Assembly (NCBI GenBank): GCA_963845145.1
Contig: CAWJQU010000002.1
Location: 384,001-448,000, forward strand
Reading direction: 5' to 3'
From: an uncultured delta proteobacterium
GTDB lineage: Bacteria; Desulfobacterota; Desulfobacteria; Desulfobacterales; QNYZ01
DNA length: 64,000 nucleotides
Under the pieces are notes generated by a model. It was not told the origin of the DNA and did no database searches. It saw nothing but the letters and a program-made list of their open reading frames with translations. Positions 28,898-39,633 of the stretch are shown here, in pieces; position 1 is the first letter of the stretch, and every line of letters begins with the position of its first letter. The position numbers were made by a program, and so were the translations under genes.

Positions 28898-31795
28898 CTA
28901 TTCGCCGTCCAAAACTTCCCTTAACTTCTGTGATAAGGTGTTTATTCCAAAAGGTTTCTGTATAAAACCATTTCGCCCATCAACCATTAGGCTTTTCACG
29001 GCCGCGTCCTGATTATACCCACTGACAAGCAATACCGGGATGTCCGGATCGAGGGTCTTAAGCTTCTCGTAGGTTTTTTGTCCTCCCAAACCGGGCATAA
29101 TCATATCCAACATCACCAGGTCGATACGACCCTGGTTTTTACTAAAAAGCACGACGGCATTTTCCCCACTATCGGCAACTTCCACCTGGTAACCCAATTT
29201 TTCCAGCAAGCTCTTGCCCAGGTCGAGAATCATGCGCTCGTCATCAACCAACAGAATCGTTTCCGATCCACTAAAAACCTGCTCATTGCGCTGCCTTTCC
29301 GGTCTGAGGGCCTTATCCGTGGCAGGCAGATAGATATCGAATTTACTGCCACGATCCTTTTGGCTTATAACATCGATAATCCCTTTATGATTCCGAATTA
29401 TTCCATAAGCCGAAGCAAGTCCCAACCCGGTGCCACGCCCTCTCTCCTTGGTCGTAAAAAACGGCTCAAACAATCTTTGAATGGTCCTGTCATCCATGCC
29501 CAACCCGGTATCCGCCACAGATATTTTTACATAGTTTCCGGGCGCGATGTCGTATTGTTTTAGAAATCGTTCGTCGATAACCACGTTACTGGTTTCAAGA
29601 AATAAATCGCCGCCGTCAGGCATGGCCTGCCAGGCATTGATAAATAGATTCAATAGGACCTGTTCGATCTGGCCTTGATCCACCTCAACGGACCAGGTCG
29701 AATCTGCAAATGTGGTATGGATTCTGATCTCTTTTTTGGTTCGACCGAACAAATCCGCGCTCTGTTTTACAATATCGTTAAGGTTGGTCGGCGTACTATC
29801 AGCCTGCCCTCCTCTGGCAAAACCGAGTAGCTGGTCGGTTAGGTTTGTGGCCCCATGAACATATTTCTCTATATTTTTTATTCGCTGGAAATGGGGATGA
29901 TCGGAACCGATATCGGAAAGAAGTAAAGAAGTCGTCCCTTCGATACCCATGAGGAGATTATTGAAGTCATGCGCAATCCCCCCCGCCAGGGTGCCAATCG
30001 CTTCCATCTTTCGGGATTGGAGCAGTTGGCGCTGCAATTGTTTACTATTGCTGATATCCCTTGCAATTCCCTGAGTCCCGATAAATCGCTCCGATTCCGG
30101 TCTGTCCGGATCAAATAGGCCTTCTGCCGTGACAACGAAATAACGCCACTCTTCTTCCGAAGAATTTTTGGTATTGTCTTTCACCAACATCCGCAGTTCC
30201 AAACCATTGATTGCGGCCCCGGCCTCGGTGGGATCCTCTATGAGCCGGCTTTCAATCATTTTTCTATCGCCGGGGGCCACGAGATCGATGACCTTAACGC
30301 CGAGCAGATTTTCCGGTCGATACCCATAGCGCATCACCGCATTGTTTACGAAGACGATTCGCCCGGAACGGTCCGTCCGGTAAACGACATCCGGAATAGT
30401 CGTTAAAATTGAATTGAGTCGACCTTCACTCTCTTTGAGTCTTATCAATGTCAATTGCGTCTTCGCCACTGCTTTGCGCTCTTTGAACCAGTATCTCAAT
30501 GGCAACAATAATGAGAAATTGGCCAATACAACCAGGCTGGCAAAAAGGGGCGAAAAGAGAATTCCCTTGGACTGAATAATCGCGACGGCCCCATACCAGA
30601 AACCCGAAAGCGTTACAGCGGTAAAAATTCCGCAAATAACCGCGCCAAAACGCGCAGCTATCAAGCTGGAGACGATACCGGCGATCAGGATCGACCCAAA
30701 TTCCCAAATTTTTGATACCGCAGGTTTGTAATGGTACTCATCATCGATGATATTAGCGGCTATCGTCGCATGAATTTCAATACCCGGAACTAGTCGGCCG
30801 CCGGGTGTTTGGTAATAATCTTCCAAACCGGCCGCAGATGTTCCCACAAAAACGAGTTTATCATTAAACTGTTCCATTTGGGCGTTGTTATTGAGAATAT
30901 CGTAGGCGGAAACGTAGTCGAAGGATCTTGCTTGCCCGCCATATTTAATGCGCATACTACCTTTTGCATCCACCGGAATTTTTTTTTGATCAAGCCGTAC
31001 CGATTCCAGTCCCCCCATATTGAAATTTATAATGGCTTGTTGCTCATCCACGCGATGCATCAGGCCGGCCAGAGCCAAACTGGGGAAATATTTGCCGTTG
31101 TATTCTAAGATCAATGGGATACGCCGCAGTATACCGTCATTATCCGGCACGGCATTTATAAAACCGGAGTGTGAGACAGACGACGAAATGGGATGGACAT
31201 TGCACACCACATCTAAAGCACGGAAAAATGGATTCGTCGGGTGTTTGCTGGAAGCGTCGTTTAGACGAGCGACCTCTATGGGATGCAAACGGCAATCCCG
31301 ATTAACGCTTCTATTTTCTTCAAAAATAAATTTATTGGCAAGGATAAAGGGCCCTTCCGCAATCGTTTGGGCAAGCAGCATGTCGTGATCTTCAAGCAAT
31401 CTGGGGATGCCTGTAACCTCAATATCCAAGTTTAAATCACGTTTAGCGCTCGCTTTAATGGCGGCCGGCGAGGTACGATCCGGCTCCGAAAACAGGATAT
31501 CGACGACGACGGTTCCGGCACCTGACTTTTTTATCGTTTCCAATAAATTCGCGATTTGATAGCGAGGCCAAGGCCATTGTCCAAAGGTTTGAAGGCTCTT
31601 CTCGTCAATATCGACGATGACAATGGAAGAATTGCGCTGGGTTGAACTCGCAGACGAAGAAATGAGATCCAAAATTTTCAGATCGACGATATGAAGGAAA
31701 GAAGGTCGCAAAAAAAATAAACCGGCTATGACGATTGTCAGAAATAAGCCGGTCGTTAAGATCAGCAGTTTACTTTTTAGCCAAACCAATCCCAT
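28898..31795 (-). CDS. CHASE2-PAS hybrid histidine kinase with receiver
   Basis: IDEKSL..GQWPWPR, DGILRR, PGIEIHA (CHASE2); AHDFNN H-box; GTGLGL; LDMIMP receiver. Confidence 0.93.
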   Translation of the reverse strand: MGLVWLKSKLLILTTGLFLTIVIAGLFFLRPSFLHIVDLKILDLISSSASSTQRNSSIVIVDIDEKSLQTFGQWPWPRYQIANLLETIKKSGAGTVVVDILFSEPDRTSPAAIKASAKRDLNLDIEVTGIPRLLEDHDMLLAQTIAEGPFILANKFIFEENRSVNRDCRLHPIEVARLNDASSKHPTNPFFRALDVVCNVHPISSSVSHSGFINAVPDNDGILRRIPLILEYNGKYFPSLALAGLMHRVDEQQAIINFNMGGLESVRLDQKKIPVDAKGSMRIKYGGQARSFDYVSAYDILNNNAQMEQFNDKLVFVGTSAAGLEDYYQTPGGRLVPGIEIHATIAANIIDDEYHYKPAVSKIWEFGSILIAGIVSSLIAARFGAVICGIFTAVTLSGFWYGAVAIIQSKGILFSPLFASLVVLANFSLLLPLRYWFKERKAVAKTQLTLIRLKESEGRLNSILTTIPDVVYRTDRSGRIVFVNNAVMRYGYRPENLLGVKVIDLVAPGDRKMIESRLIEDPTEAGAAINGLELRMLVKDNTKNSSEEEWRYFVVTAEGLFDPDRPESERFIGTQGIARDISNSKQLQRQLLQSRKMEAIGTLAGGIAHDFNNLLMGIEGTTSLLLSDIGSDHPHFQRIKNIEKYVHGATNLTDQLLGFARGGQADSTPTNLNDIVKQSADLFGRTKKEIRIHTTFADSTWSVEVDQGQIEQVLLNLFINAWQAMPDGGDLFLETSNVVIDERFLKQYDIAPGNYVKISVADTGLGMDDRTIQRLFEPFFTTKERGRGTGLGLASAYGIIRNHKGIIDVISQKDRGSKFDIYLPATDKALRPERQRNEQVFSGSETILLVDDERMILDLGKSLLEKLGYQVEVADSGENAVVLFSKNQGRIDLVMLDMIMPGLGGQKTYEKLKTLDPDIPVLLVSGYNQDAAVKSLMVDGRNGFIQKPFGINTLSQKLREVLDGE

Positions 31796-31798
31796 CAG

Positions 31799-32434
31799 CT
31801 ACCTAACGGTAATTTCCACCCGCCGGTTCCTTGCTTCGGAAATATCATCTTCCGTCTGGATAAGCAGATTTTTTTCACCATGTGACGTTACCTCTAAAAT
31901 CTCTGGGTCAACACCCCTGGAAATAAGTAATTCGCTGACAATTTCGGCTCGACGTACGGAAAGCTCATAGTTGTATTGCTTGTCGCCGGCTGTATCCGTG
32001 TGACCAACGATACTGGTATCCACAGACTTTCGGTTTTTAATGGTTTCTAAAATTTGTTCTACCAGTAATAGGGATTGCTTACCCAATGTCGCTGAATTTT
32101 GCTCGAAATAGAGTATGAAATGTTCGGGGGGTGATGGTTGGGCCTGTAAAGCAGGTCCAAAAATTGAAGCGATTTCCTTTGCATCCATCACATAAGGAGG
32201 GCTGGGCGGATCTTGCGCACTGCTTAGACGAGACGCTTCGCCGGCTTGATCTAGGATCGTCGTGCCTTGTGAATTGGAAATGATGACTTTTCCGACAACG
32301 CCTTTATCGTCGGGAATTAAAACAAATATGTTTTGTTTTACGCCACATCCGGATAGCAAAATTATAGCAAAGAAAATAATCTTGAGAATATGTGTACGTA
32401 ACTTAATAACGCTTACCGGACTGATATGGCCCAA
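31799..32434 (-). CDS. OmpA-family peptidoglycan-binding lipoprotein
   Basis: Lipobox LLSGC; GHTD, NYELSVRRA, NRRVEI. Confidence 0.9.
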   Translation of the reverse strand: MGHISPVSVIKLRTHILKIIFFAIILLSGCGVKQNIFVLIPDDKGVVGKVIISNSQGTTILDQAGEASRLSSAQDPPSPPYVMDAKEIASIFGPALQAQPSPPEHFILYFEQNSATLGKQSLLLVEQILETIKNRKSVDTSIVGHTDTAGDKQYNYELSVRRAEIVSELLISRGVDPEILEVTSHGEKNLLIQTEDDISEARNRRVEITVR

Positions 32435-32470
32435 AATTTTGCCTGCTCTTGTAATGATTAAAATCCCATC

Positions 32471-32926
32471 TTATTTTGCCGTGACTTTTGCTAAATATTG
32501 AGTACCCCGAATGCCGATGGTCGCGACCGGGGTTTCCATGCGAACCGCATCCCGGGACAATTTTCCAATCTGCCCTGAAAGATACGCGAGGGTGCCCCTC
32601 ACCAGCTTGGTAATGATAGAGAGATCGCCCCTTACCGGTGAGAAATTAAACTCATGGAGAATAATTTCACTGTTTGGGCCAAGCGACATGATCGTATCGT
32701 CTCTGAGTATGATCCCGATACTGCTCCCACCGCCCCCTGTTTTTAAAATGTCCTTTTCATACAGCCGATGCCCTGCTTTAGCCCCCAAGGGCACATCTTG
32801 TCTGATAATCAGGCAATCCCCTTGAGCCGTTTTGATGCTGCCAACGATAGACTCTTCGGCGACCGTATAATTTGTAAATAATAACAGAAAAGCTGCAGAA
32901 ATAAAACCGCCAACAATGTATTTCAT
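32471..32926 (-). CDS. Secreted FecR-domain protein
   Basis: Signal peptide; DILKTG, LGPNS, TPVATIGIRGT. Confidence 0.85.
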   Translation of the reverse strand: MKYIVGGFISAAFLLLFTNYTVAEESIVGSIKTAQGDCLIIRQDVPLGAKAGHRLYEKDILKTGGGGSSIGIILRDDTIMSLGPNSEIILHEFNFSPVRGDLSIITKLVRGTLAYLSGQIGKLSRDAVRMETPVATIGIRGTQYLAKVTAK

Positions 32927-33183
32927 ATGCCTCACTCCTAAATCTCCGCTTTTGAATTAGTGTCCGTCCAGAAATGGATTGGCACAGATTAGATATGCAC
33001 AAATTTTTAATATACGATGAATCTCCGCCATTTTAAGCCCTGGCCTGAAACCAAAATCTGATATTGCTGGATACATTCTAAGTCATTGAAGGAACGATAT
33101 CATGTCTTCTAATCGGTGTCCAACTAGGAATGGTACAATGTGGTATACCGCATCTATCCAAGCGCGGGGCCAAGCGGGGTATG

Positions 33184-33816
33184 CTATTTCCGATTAAACA
33201 GGATTCCAAGCACACGCGCAACCCTCTCAGCAGACCCGACAACAATACCGACGACACCGCCGACCAGATGGGAAAGCGGCACCGGGACCATACCGGAATG
33301 GGTATTGGCGACAAAAACAGTATGGCCGGTCACCCCTTCATAGGTCACTTTGGCCAACAACGCGATCAATCCCAGCATATAAAATGCGGACCAACCCCGA
33401 TTTCCGGATGCCCGTTCCCGTTCCAGCAAGAGGGTAAAAAATAGCGCGTATAGGGCACAATCCAGTCCGGACAGTCCCCCGTAAACCATGAGATCCGGTT
33501 GCCCCCACCATAAACATAAGGGAATCAGGGCTACCGCAATCCCAAGGGTCGTATAGGTTTTTCGTTTGTCGAGTACCTCGCAGAGCGAACCTAAAAATAA
33601 AAAAGTCGCCGTTGACCAGAACAGGTGATCCCCGTTTAGATGCACCCAATGGCAGGTCACCAACCGCCATATTTCCATCCCTGCCAGGGCATTGCGCTCA
33701 TACAATAGGTCCATACGCAATCCATGGCACAGATGGATCAGCACGGCCAACAAGGTAAAAAATAGTGAGGCGTAAGGAAGTCGCCTCACTATTTTTAGGA
33801 TGCCGTCGGTATTCAT
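33184..33816 (-). CDS. Rhombosortase (rhomboid intramembrane serine protease)
   Basis: WRLVTCHWVH, YGGLSG (catalytic Ser), SHLVG (catalytic His); follows a GlyGly-CTERM gene. Confidence 0.85.
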   Translation of the reverse strand: MNTDGILKIVRRLPYASLFFTLLAVLIHLCHGLRMDLLYERNALAGMEIWRLVTCHWVHLNGDHLFWSTATFLFLGSLCEVLDKRKTYTTLGIAVALIPLCLWWGQPDLMVYGGLSGLDCALYALFFTLLLERERASGNRGWSAFYMLGLIALLAKVTYEGVTGHTVFVANTHSGMVPVPLSHLVGGVVGIVVGSAERVARVLGILFNRK

Positions 33817-33831
33817 GGAAGTATCATCCGG

Positions 33832-35842
33832 TTAACGCTTTTTCCGACGCCCGGCGAGTCTGGCAACGCCCACAACCGATACGAAAAGGCCGAGTAGTCC
33901 GGTAACCGGATCGATGGCACCACCACCGCCACCCAAATCGGGGGTTTTAAAAGTAAACGCCGGTTTTTTCTTATCAACCTGATAGCTCTTAACCGGCTGT
34001 TGGGAACGAATATTCCTGGCCGTGTTTTCACGAGCCATGCGGGATTGATTGCGGCGCTCGATACCACGATCGGCAAAGGCATCATCGGATAGAATCACCA
34101 TCGATGTTTCGTCGGTAACGAGTTGATAATTTAAGCCCAAATCTCGAATAGCATTTTCCGATTCCGCCGGCGGCATTTGGCCGATACGCGCCATGGCCTC
34201 GATCTTTTCAATGGTGGCCATCGCCCAAAGCCTTTCCAGCTCCGGGTTATCCGTCATCAATGGCAGGAAAGTTAAAATCGGTCCGGTAGGTTTTATCCTC
34301 ACCGGTGAGACTGGCCTTTAAGGTCACTTGGGCCTTGCCGCCTTTTTCATATTTTCCAAAAAAGACCAGTTGTTGGCCACGGTAAACCTTGCGAAAGGTC
34401 TTGTCGGTCAGATCGGTTACGGGGACCCCTGATATTTTCACCTCGGCATCTAAAAGGGCCTCGTATTTGATCTTGCTCCCGGCCAGTAACAATTTACCCA
34501 TAATATCATCGAGATTCGAGATCGTGTCGTAAAAACCACCGGTCGTCTCCGTAACGGTTTGCATCAAAGGCCAGTTGGCACTGTTTCCCAATAGAAAACC
34601 AAATACCCGCACATCCACTTTTTTCAACAATGTGTGAAATTTAACCGGATCGACAAAACCGGTATTGGTTACCGCGTCGGTCACCAGAACAATATTGGCG
34701 GCACGGTCGTCATCCAGTTGTTTGAGCCCCAGCTGGAGCCCTTCGTAAAGGTTGGTACTCCCCTTGGCGGATAGGGAATCCAGTATGCCTTTTGCCTGTA
34801 TAATCGATTCAGGCGATACCGCCACCCAATCCCGTGTCAACTCACGGGCGGAACTTTCAAAGGATACCAGGCGGAAACGATCTTCAGGCTTGAGTTGCTC
34901 AAGTGCTTTGAGCACCCCTTTTTTCAACGTGGTCATCTTGGCCTGCATACTCCCGGAGATGTCCAGGACAAAGCAGTAATCGGCACCGTTGCTCAACGGC
35001 TTTAAATCCTCACCCGGCGTGATCACCATCATAAAAGTCCCCGCACCGTTCTCATCATCCCGGAAGGGAATGACTTCAACCCGCCCGGGCAGGTTATCCT
35101 GCAAACGGTAGTAGAAAATAACATCTCGGGTTAGCTGCATATCGGTAAGCTGCATATCCATGCTGTAATGCCCTTCTCCCTTTTCGTTTATGGTTGCCGC
35201 CGCTTCAAAACCGGGCACACGCACATCCTGAACCGGGTAGGCCGACTTTAACTCAAGCGACATGGAAAACGAATGATCTACTTTGGCATTGGTGGTCCAG
35301 AAACCCATACCCGCCTCGTCGGTGCCGCCATCTTCCAAAGGATACAAATAGCGGCCGATGCCAGTGTCGATCTGAAGGGGCTGGTAGTAGAGAAATCGAA
35401 TCCGGGTGTCACCCAAGGCCGGCACCGGAAATACCTTGAATTCAAAAGTGAAATATTCGTTTTTTTCAGCCAGGCCCGATTCGTTGCCCTTACCCTTCTC
35501 CTCTTCATATATTTTTCGTGCATTGTTTTTTTCCAGCACTTCCCCGTGAATGTCGCGCTCCCCAACCGTATAGGTCACCTCCGAGAGGCTCGCGCTTTTG
35601 GGCAACGGAAAGCTGTATACGGCTTCCAATTGTTCACTATTTGGATTGTAAAAGGTTTGATGCACTTCGGTCATGGCAAATCCGTTGTTGATCACCACAT
35701 TGACATGATGGTCTCGGATTTGAATCGGTTGGTGCTTCGAGCCGACAGGGGTCAATATTCCGGCAGCATCTCCCCAACCAGCGGTTAACGTCAGCATTAG
35801 AAGCGTGATAATCGACATCATTGTTTTTCTCAGGCAAAACAT
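33832..35842 (-). pseudogene. VIT + vWA protein with GlyGly-CTERM anchor, split by a +1 frameshift near 34255 (real lesion or sequencing error)
   Basis: Signal peptide, VIT (HQTFYNP, EAVYSFPLP), MIDAS DISGS; the downstream frame continues TDNPELERLWA and ends GGGGGAID-TM-RRKKR. Confidence 0.8.
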
Positions 35843-35882
35843 AACGACCCTCCTTCAATTTTTGGGGTTTTACCTTGAAAGA

Positions 35883-35897
35883 GCAATGCTTATGCCA
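35883..35897 (-). promoter_or_regulatory. Sigma54 (-24/-12) promoter for the VIT-vWA/rhombosortase operon
   Basis: Minus strand TGGCATAAGCATTGC (GG-N10-GC), about 40 nt upstream of the ATG with AAGGAGG RBS. Confidence 0.85.
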
Positions 35898-36103
35898 AGG
35901 ATCGCCACGATCCATTTTTTTCAATCCTAACCATTTTGAATAACATCAAATATTAAATTCTAATATCGGTCAATTTAAGCCTCGCGGGCACCGTTGCATG
36001 TTTTTTTATGGTCAATATTTGCGCTTAATAATCTTTTTATGTATACAGAATTTGTTCACAACGACCCTTAGCCGACAAAGATAAAAAATATAGGACGTGC
36101 ACC

Positions 36104-37603
36104 ATGGCTCTGTTGACCTCGAAGGATCGCCGCTTTTTAAAGGCCGTCTCAAAAATAAACTATGTAAATCCCTTTTTACTGGAACGCATCCAATACGAAC
36201 GCGAAGCACTACAAAAAGAATTTGATGAATCCAAAGCCAACTGGAACCTATTGGGCGATGACCCTGAATCTCATCAGGTCAACACGCGCAAAATTACGAC
36301 CCAGGCTTATTCGATCCTGGTCAAGCTCCAAGCGCGCTTAAAAGAAGGAAAAAAAGCCGCACCCGATGAGGTGGCACTCTACGAAGATACGGCCCTGTTT
36401 TTGTTCTTCCACTATTTTGCCCAGCCCTTCAAAGCTTGCATCCTGACCCCCAAAAAGGGTCAGATCTACGATTTCTATGAGGAGTTTGCCCAGTATTGGG
36501 TGCGCTTTTTTAATATCGATGGGTACCCCTTACCGAAACCTAAAGAAGCGCCCCATGTTTTCGCCTGCATTTTCCAGGTCCGCCGGGCATTTCATTACAT
36601 TTTCAGGGCGATTATCGGGCGCTCTCCCGTGGCGGCCGAATTGAGAGCGGCCGTTTGGGACTCTATTTTCACCCATGACATGCGACGGTATCGTCGTACT
36701 TTTTTTAAATCCATGGGCGATTTTGCCACCCTCATCATCGGTCCCACCGGGTCTGGCAAAGAACTCGTGGCAACGGCCATCGGCCGGGCGCGTTATATAC
36801 CCTTTAACCCCGATACGCTGACATTTGACAAAGATTTCGCCGAGACCTTTTTTCCCATCAACCTGGCCGCCCTTCCCACGACCTTGGTGGAATCTGAGCT
36901 ATTCGGCCATCGCCGTGGCGCTTTTACCGGGGCTATCGAAAATCGTCAGGGTTGGCTGGCGGCCTGCCCGCCCGAAGGGTCCGTCTTTTTGGATGAAATC
37001 GGCGAGCTGGATCCGCTGGTCCAGGTCAAACTGCTGCGCGTGATGCAATCCCGCACCTTTCAACCCCTCGGGTCAACCAAATCCCTGATCTTTGGAGGTA
37101 AAATCATCGCTGCCACACACCGCGACATCCATGCCGACATGGAGGCCGGACGATTTAGGAAAGATCTCTACTACCGATTATGCTCGGATATCATCACCCC
37201 ACCTTCCCTGCACCAGCAAGTGAGGGAATCACCGGAACTTATTCGGGATCTTGTCGCTTATATTGCCCAACGCGTTGCCGGAAAGGAGGGAGAACGGCTT
37301 GCCAAGGAGGTGATGTCATGGATAGAAGGCAAACTGGGATGGGATTACCCCTGGCCGGGCAATATCCGCGAGCTGGAGCAATGCGTCCGCAGCATCATGA
37401 TCCGTCGCGAGTATCACCCCATAAACCTGCATTCGGGTCGACAAAGGAACAACTTGCCGTCCAATTCAGATGAGAAACCCCTAAGTCTTGATGCCATGTG
37501 TCGCCGTTACTGCACCCGCATTTATCGTGAGGTGGGTTCTTATGCGAAAGCGGCCAGGCGGCTACAGGTTGATCGGCGCACGGTGAAAAAATATGTCGAC
37601 TAA
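36104..37603 (+). CDS. Sigma54-dependent enhancer-binding activator with an unrecognised N-terminal domain
   Basis: GPTGSGKE, ESELFGH..GAFTGA, FLDEIGE, RFRKDLYYRL, WPGNIREL, C-terminal HTH. Confidence 0.92.
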   Translation: MALLTSKDRRFLKAVSKINYVNPFLLERIQYEREALQKEFDESKANWNLLGDDPESHQVNTRKITTQAYSILVKLQARLKEGKKAAPDEVALYEDTALFLFFHYFAQPFKACILTPKKGQIYDFYEEFAQYWVRFFNIDGYPLPKPKEAPHVFACIFQVRRAFHYIFRAIIGRSPVAAELRAAVWDSIFTHDMRRYRRTFFKSMGDFATLIIGPTGSGKELVATAIGRARYIPFNPDTLTFDKDFAETFFPINLAALPTTLVESELFGHRRGAFTGAIENRQGWLAACPPEGSVFLDEIGELDPLVQVKLLRVMQSRTFQPLGSTKSLIFGGKIIAATHRDIHADMEAGRFRKDLYYRLCSDIITPPSLHQQVRESPELIRDLVAYIAQRVAGKEGERLAKEVMSWIEGKLGWDYPWPGNIRELEQCVRSIMIRREYHPINLHSGRQRNNLPSNSDEKPLSLDAMCRRYCTRIYREVGSYAKAARRLQVDRRTVKKYVD

Positions 37604-37628
37604 TCACCCACAATGCCATTCATCCCGA

Positions 37629-38573
37629 TCAAGCACCCAAGATAGCGTTCATGGTGGTCGCATCGATATTGCCGCCACTTAAGATGACCCCGACCTTACC
37701 TGCCGGCGCCACGGCCCGACTTAAAAGGGCTGCCAGGCCCAATGCTCCGGACGGTTCTACAACCAGTTTCATACGATAAAAAAGAAATCGAACGGCTTCC
37801 ATAATGGCTTCTTCCGAAACGGTTTGCATGTCATCAACATATTCTAAAACCAGAGGGAAGGTGATCCGTCCCAAGGATGGGGTGCGCGTCCCGTCGGCAA
37901 TGGTGGGCGGATTTTTTACCGTATGAAGCTTTTTGGTATGAAATGACTTGGTGGCATCATCAGCCAGTTTAGGTTCGATGCCAACGACGCTGCAGTTTGG
38001 GAACAATCCTTTGGCGGCAATTGCCGAACCGCTCAAAAGTCCACCCCCGCCACAAGGAACCAGTAGCATATCGAGCGCCCCGACTGTTTCAAGCATCTCC
38101 AGGGCAGCGGTTCCCTGACCCGCGACAACCTCTTTGTGATCATAAGGCGGAATCATCGTATAGCCCTTTTCAGCTTGAAGCCTGTGGGCGATATCCTCTC
38201 TAGTCGCATTCTCCGGATCATATTCGATAATGGTGGCACCGTACCCTTGGGTTGCCGCCTTTTTGGTAGCCGGGGCATTGTCCGGCATAACGATGGTTGT
38301 CTCAACATCCAACATTTGTCCGACCAAAGCGACGGCTTGAGCATGATTTCCCGAAGAATAGGTGATGACCCCGCGCGATTTTTCTTTTTTTGTCAGTTGA
38401 GAAATACTATTAAATGCGCCGCGAAACTTGAAGGCACCAATTCGTTGAAAGTTCTCACATTTAAAATACACCTCGGCTTTGACCATCCGATTTAAGGTCC
38501 TGGAAGTCATTACCGGGGTCAGGTTGGCATACCCTTTCAATCTTTTTTGAGCAGCTTTAATATTTTTGAACAT
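37629..38573 (-). CDS. PLP-dependent serine/threonine dehydratase (threo-3-hydroxyaspartate ammonia-lyase-like)
   Basis: KCENFQRIGAFKFRGA, SSGNHAQ, GGGGL, SGGN; no regulatory ACT domain. Confidence 0.88.
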   Translation of the reverse strand: MFKNIKAAQKRLKGYANLTPVMTSRTLNRMVKAEVYFKCENFQRIGAFKFRGAFNSISQLTKKEKSRGVITYSSGNHAQAVALVGQMLDVETTIVMPDNAPATKKAATQGYGATIIEYDPENATREDIAHRLQAEKGYTMIPPYDHKEVVAGQGTAALEMLETVGALDMLLVPCGGGGLLSGSAIAAKGLFPNCSVVGIEPKLADDATKSFHTKKLHTVKNPPTIADGTRTPSLGRITFPLVLEYVDDMQTVSEEAIMEAVRFLFYRMKLVVEPSGALGLAALLSRAVAPAGKVGVILSGGNIDATTMNAILGA

Positions 38574-38599
38574 ATCTTCTTAACGCTCTTCTATTAGCT

Positions 38600-39466
38600 T
38601 CATGCCCACAAAAAACCCGTCACCCTTTTTCCCAACACTTCTTCATTGAAAACGACCTTAGCGACTGGCGTCTCCCTACAGGCGGAACCGTAGCACACAT
38701 GCAAAGGCAAAAGGTGCTCTTCCCGTGGATGGCAAAACCGGGCCGACGGCGCATTTTCCCACTGGACCAGCCGTCGCTCTTGCTCATCTTTAAGCAAATC
38801 CGCGCGGGTGCATGTATCAATCAACCACCGATCAAATTCAGCACATTTGTTTTGACTGTCCATCTGCTTCGAAGAAAAAGCCCGCAGGTTGTGAAAAGAC
38901 ATCCCCGACCCGAAAATTATCACATTTTCCTGTCGCAACCAATCGATCGCCTTTCCGAGCCGGATGTGCCGTTGGGGGTCCAAATCGCGTAACAGTGACA
39001 ATTGAATACAGGGAATTTGCGCATGCGGGTATATCAACTTTAATGGGATAAAAAGACCATGATCGAACCCGCGCCAACGATCTTGCCTCACCTTAAATCC
39101 ATCTGCCTTTAACCGATCAAACAATTTTTGTGCCAGCGGCGGATTGCCCGGTACAGGGTATTGTATTTGGTAGGCCTCCGGCGGAAATCCAAAGTAATCG
39201 TAGATGATCTCCGGATGAAGACCGCACGTTAGGGTGGCGCACTCTTCTTCCCAATGCGCGCTGATCACGACAATCGCCGATGGTTCGCCAAGTACTGTCG
39301 GGAGTTTTTCAAAAAATTTTACCAGCGCCTGGTGGCTTGTCTCGCCCAATATGGGCATAGGGCCGCCACCGTGTGGCAAATAAATAACAGGCGAAAGATT
39401 CTTGGAAGAATTATTCTTCGAGACCATGTCCATTCCAATCATTACTTTATTGGTACCTTGCAGCAC
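38600..39466 (-). CDS. DODA/YgiD (LigB-like) extradiol dioxygenase; start uncertain
   Basis: HGGGP, ISAHW, YDYFGFP, RGFDHG, SGMSFHNL, HPREEHLLPL. Confidence 0.88.
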   Translation of the reverse strand: MLQGTNKVMIGMDMVSKNNSSKNLSPVIYLPHGGGPMPILGETSHQALVKFFEKLPTVLGEPSAIVVISAHWEEECATLTCGLHPEIIYDYFGFPPEAYQIQYPVPGNPPLAQKLFDRLKADGFKVRQDRWRGFDHGLFIPLKLIYPHAQIPCIQLSLLRDLDPQRHIRLGKAIDWLRQENVIIFGSGMSFHNLRAFSSKQMDSQNKCAEFDRWLIDTCTRADLLKDEQERRLVQWENAPSARFCHPREEHLLPLHVCYGSACRETPVAKVVFNEEVLGKRVTGFLWA

Positions 39467-39633
39467 ACCCAGCCATCAAGCAAACCAAGTCCAAATCTTT
39501 GATAGCGCACCATCACCATATACTACCGTTCACCTCTGTCAAGGAGAACATAAAAGCCTTGACGGCGAATTCTCTCCATGAAAAAGTTGGTGTTTACCGT
39601 TTCTCACAACCCTTTTTAGCAAGGATTGATTCA

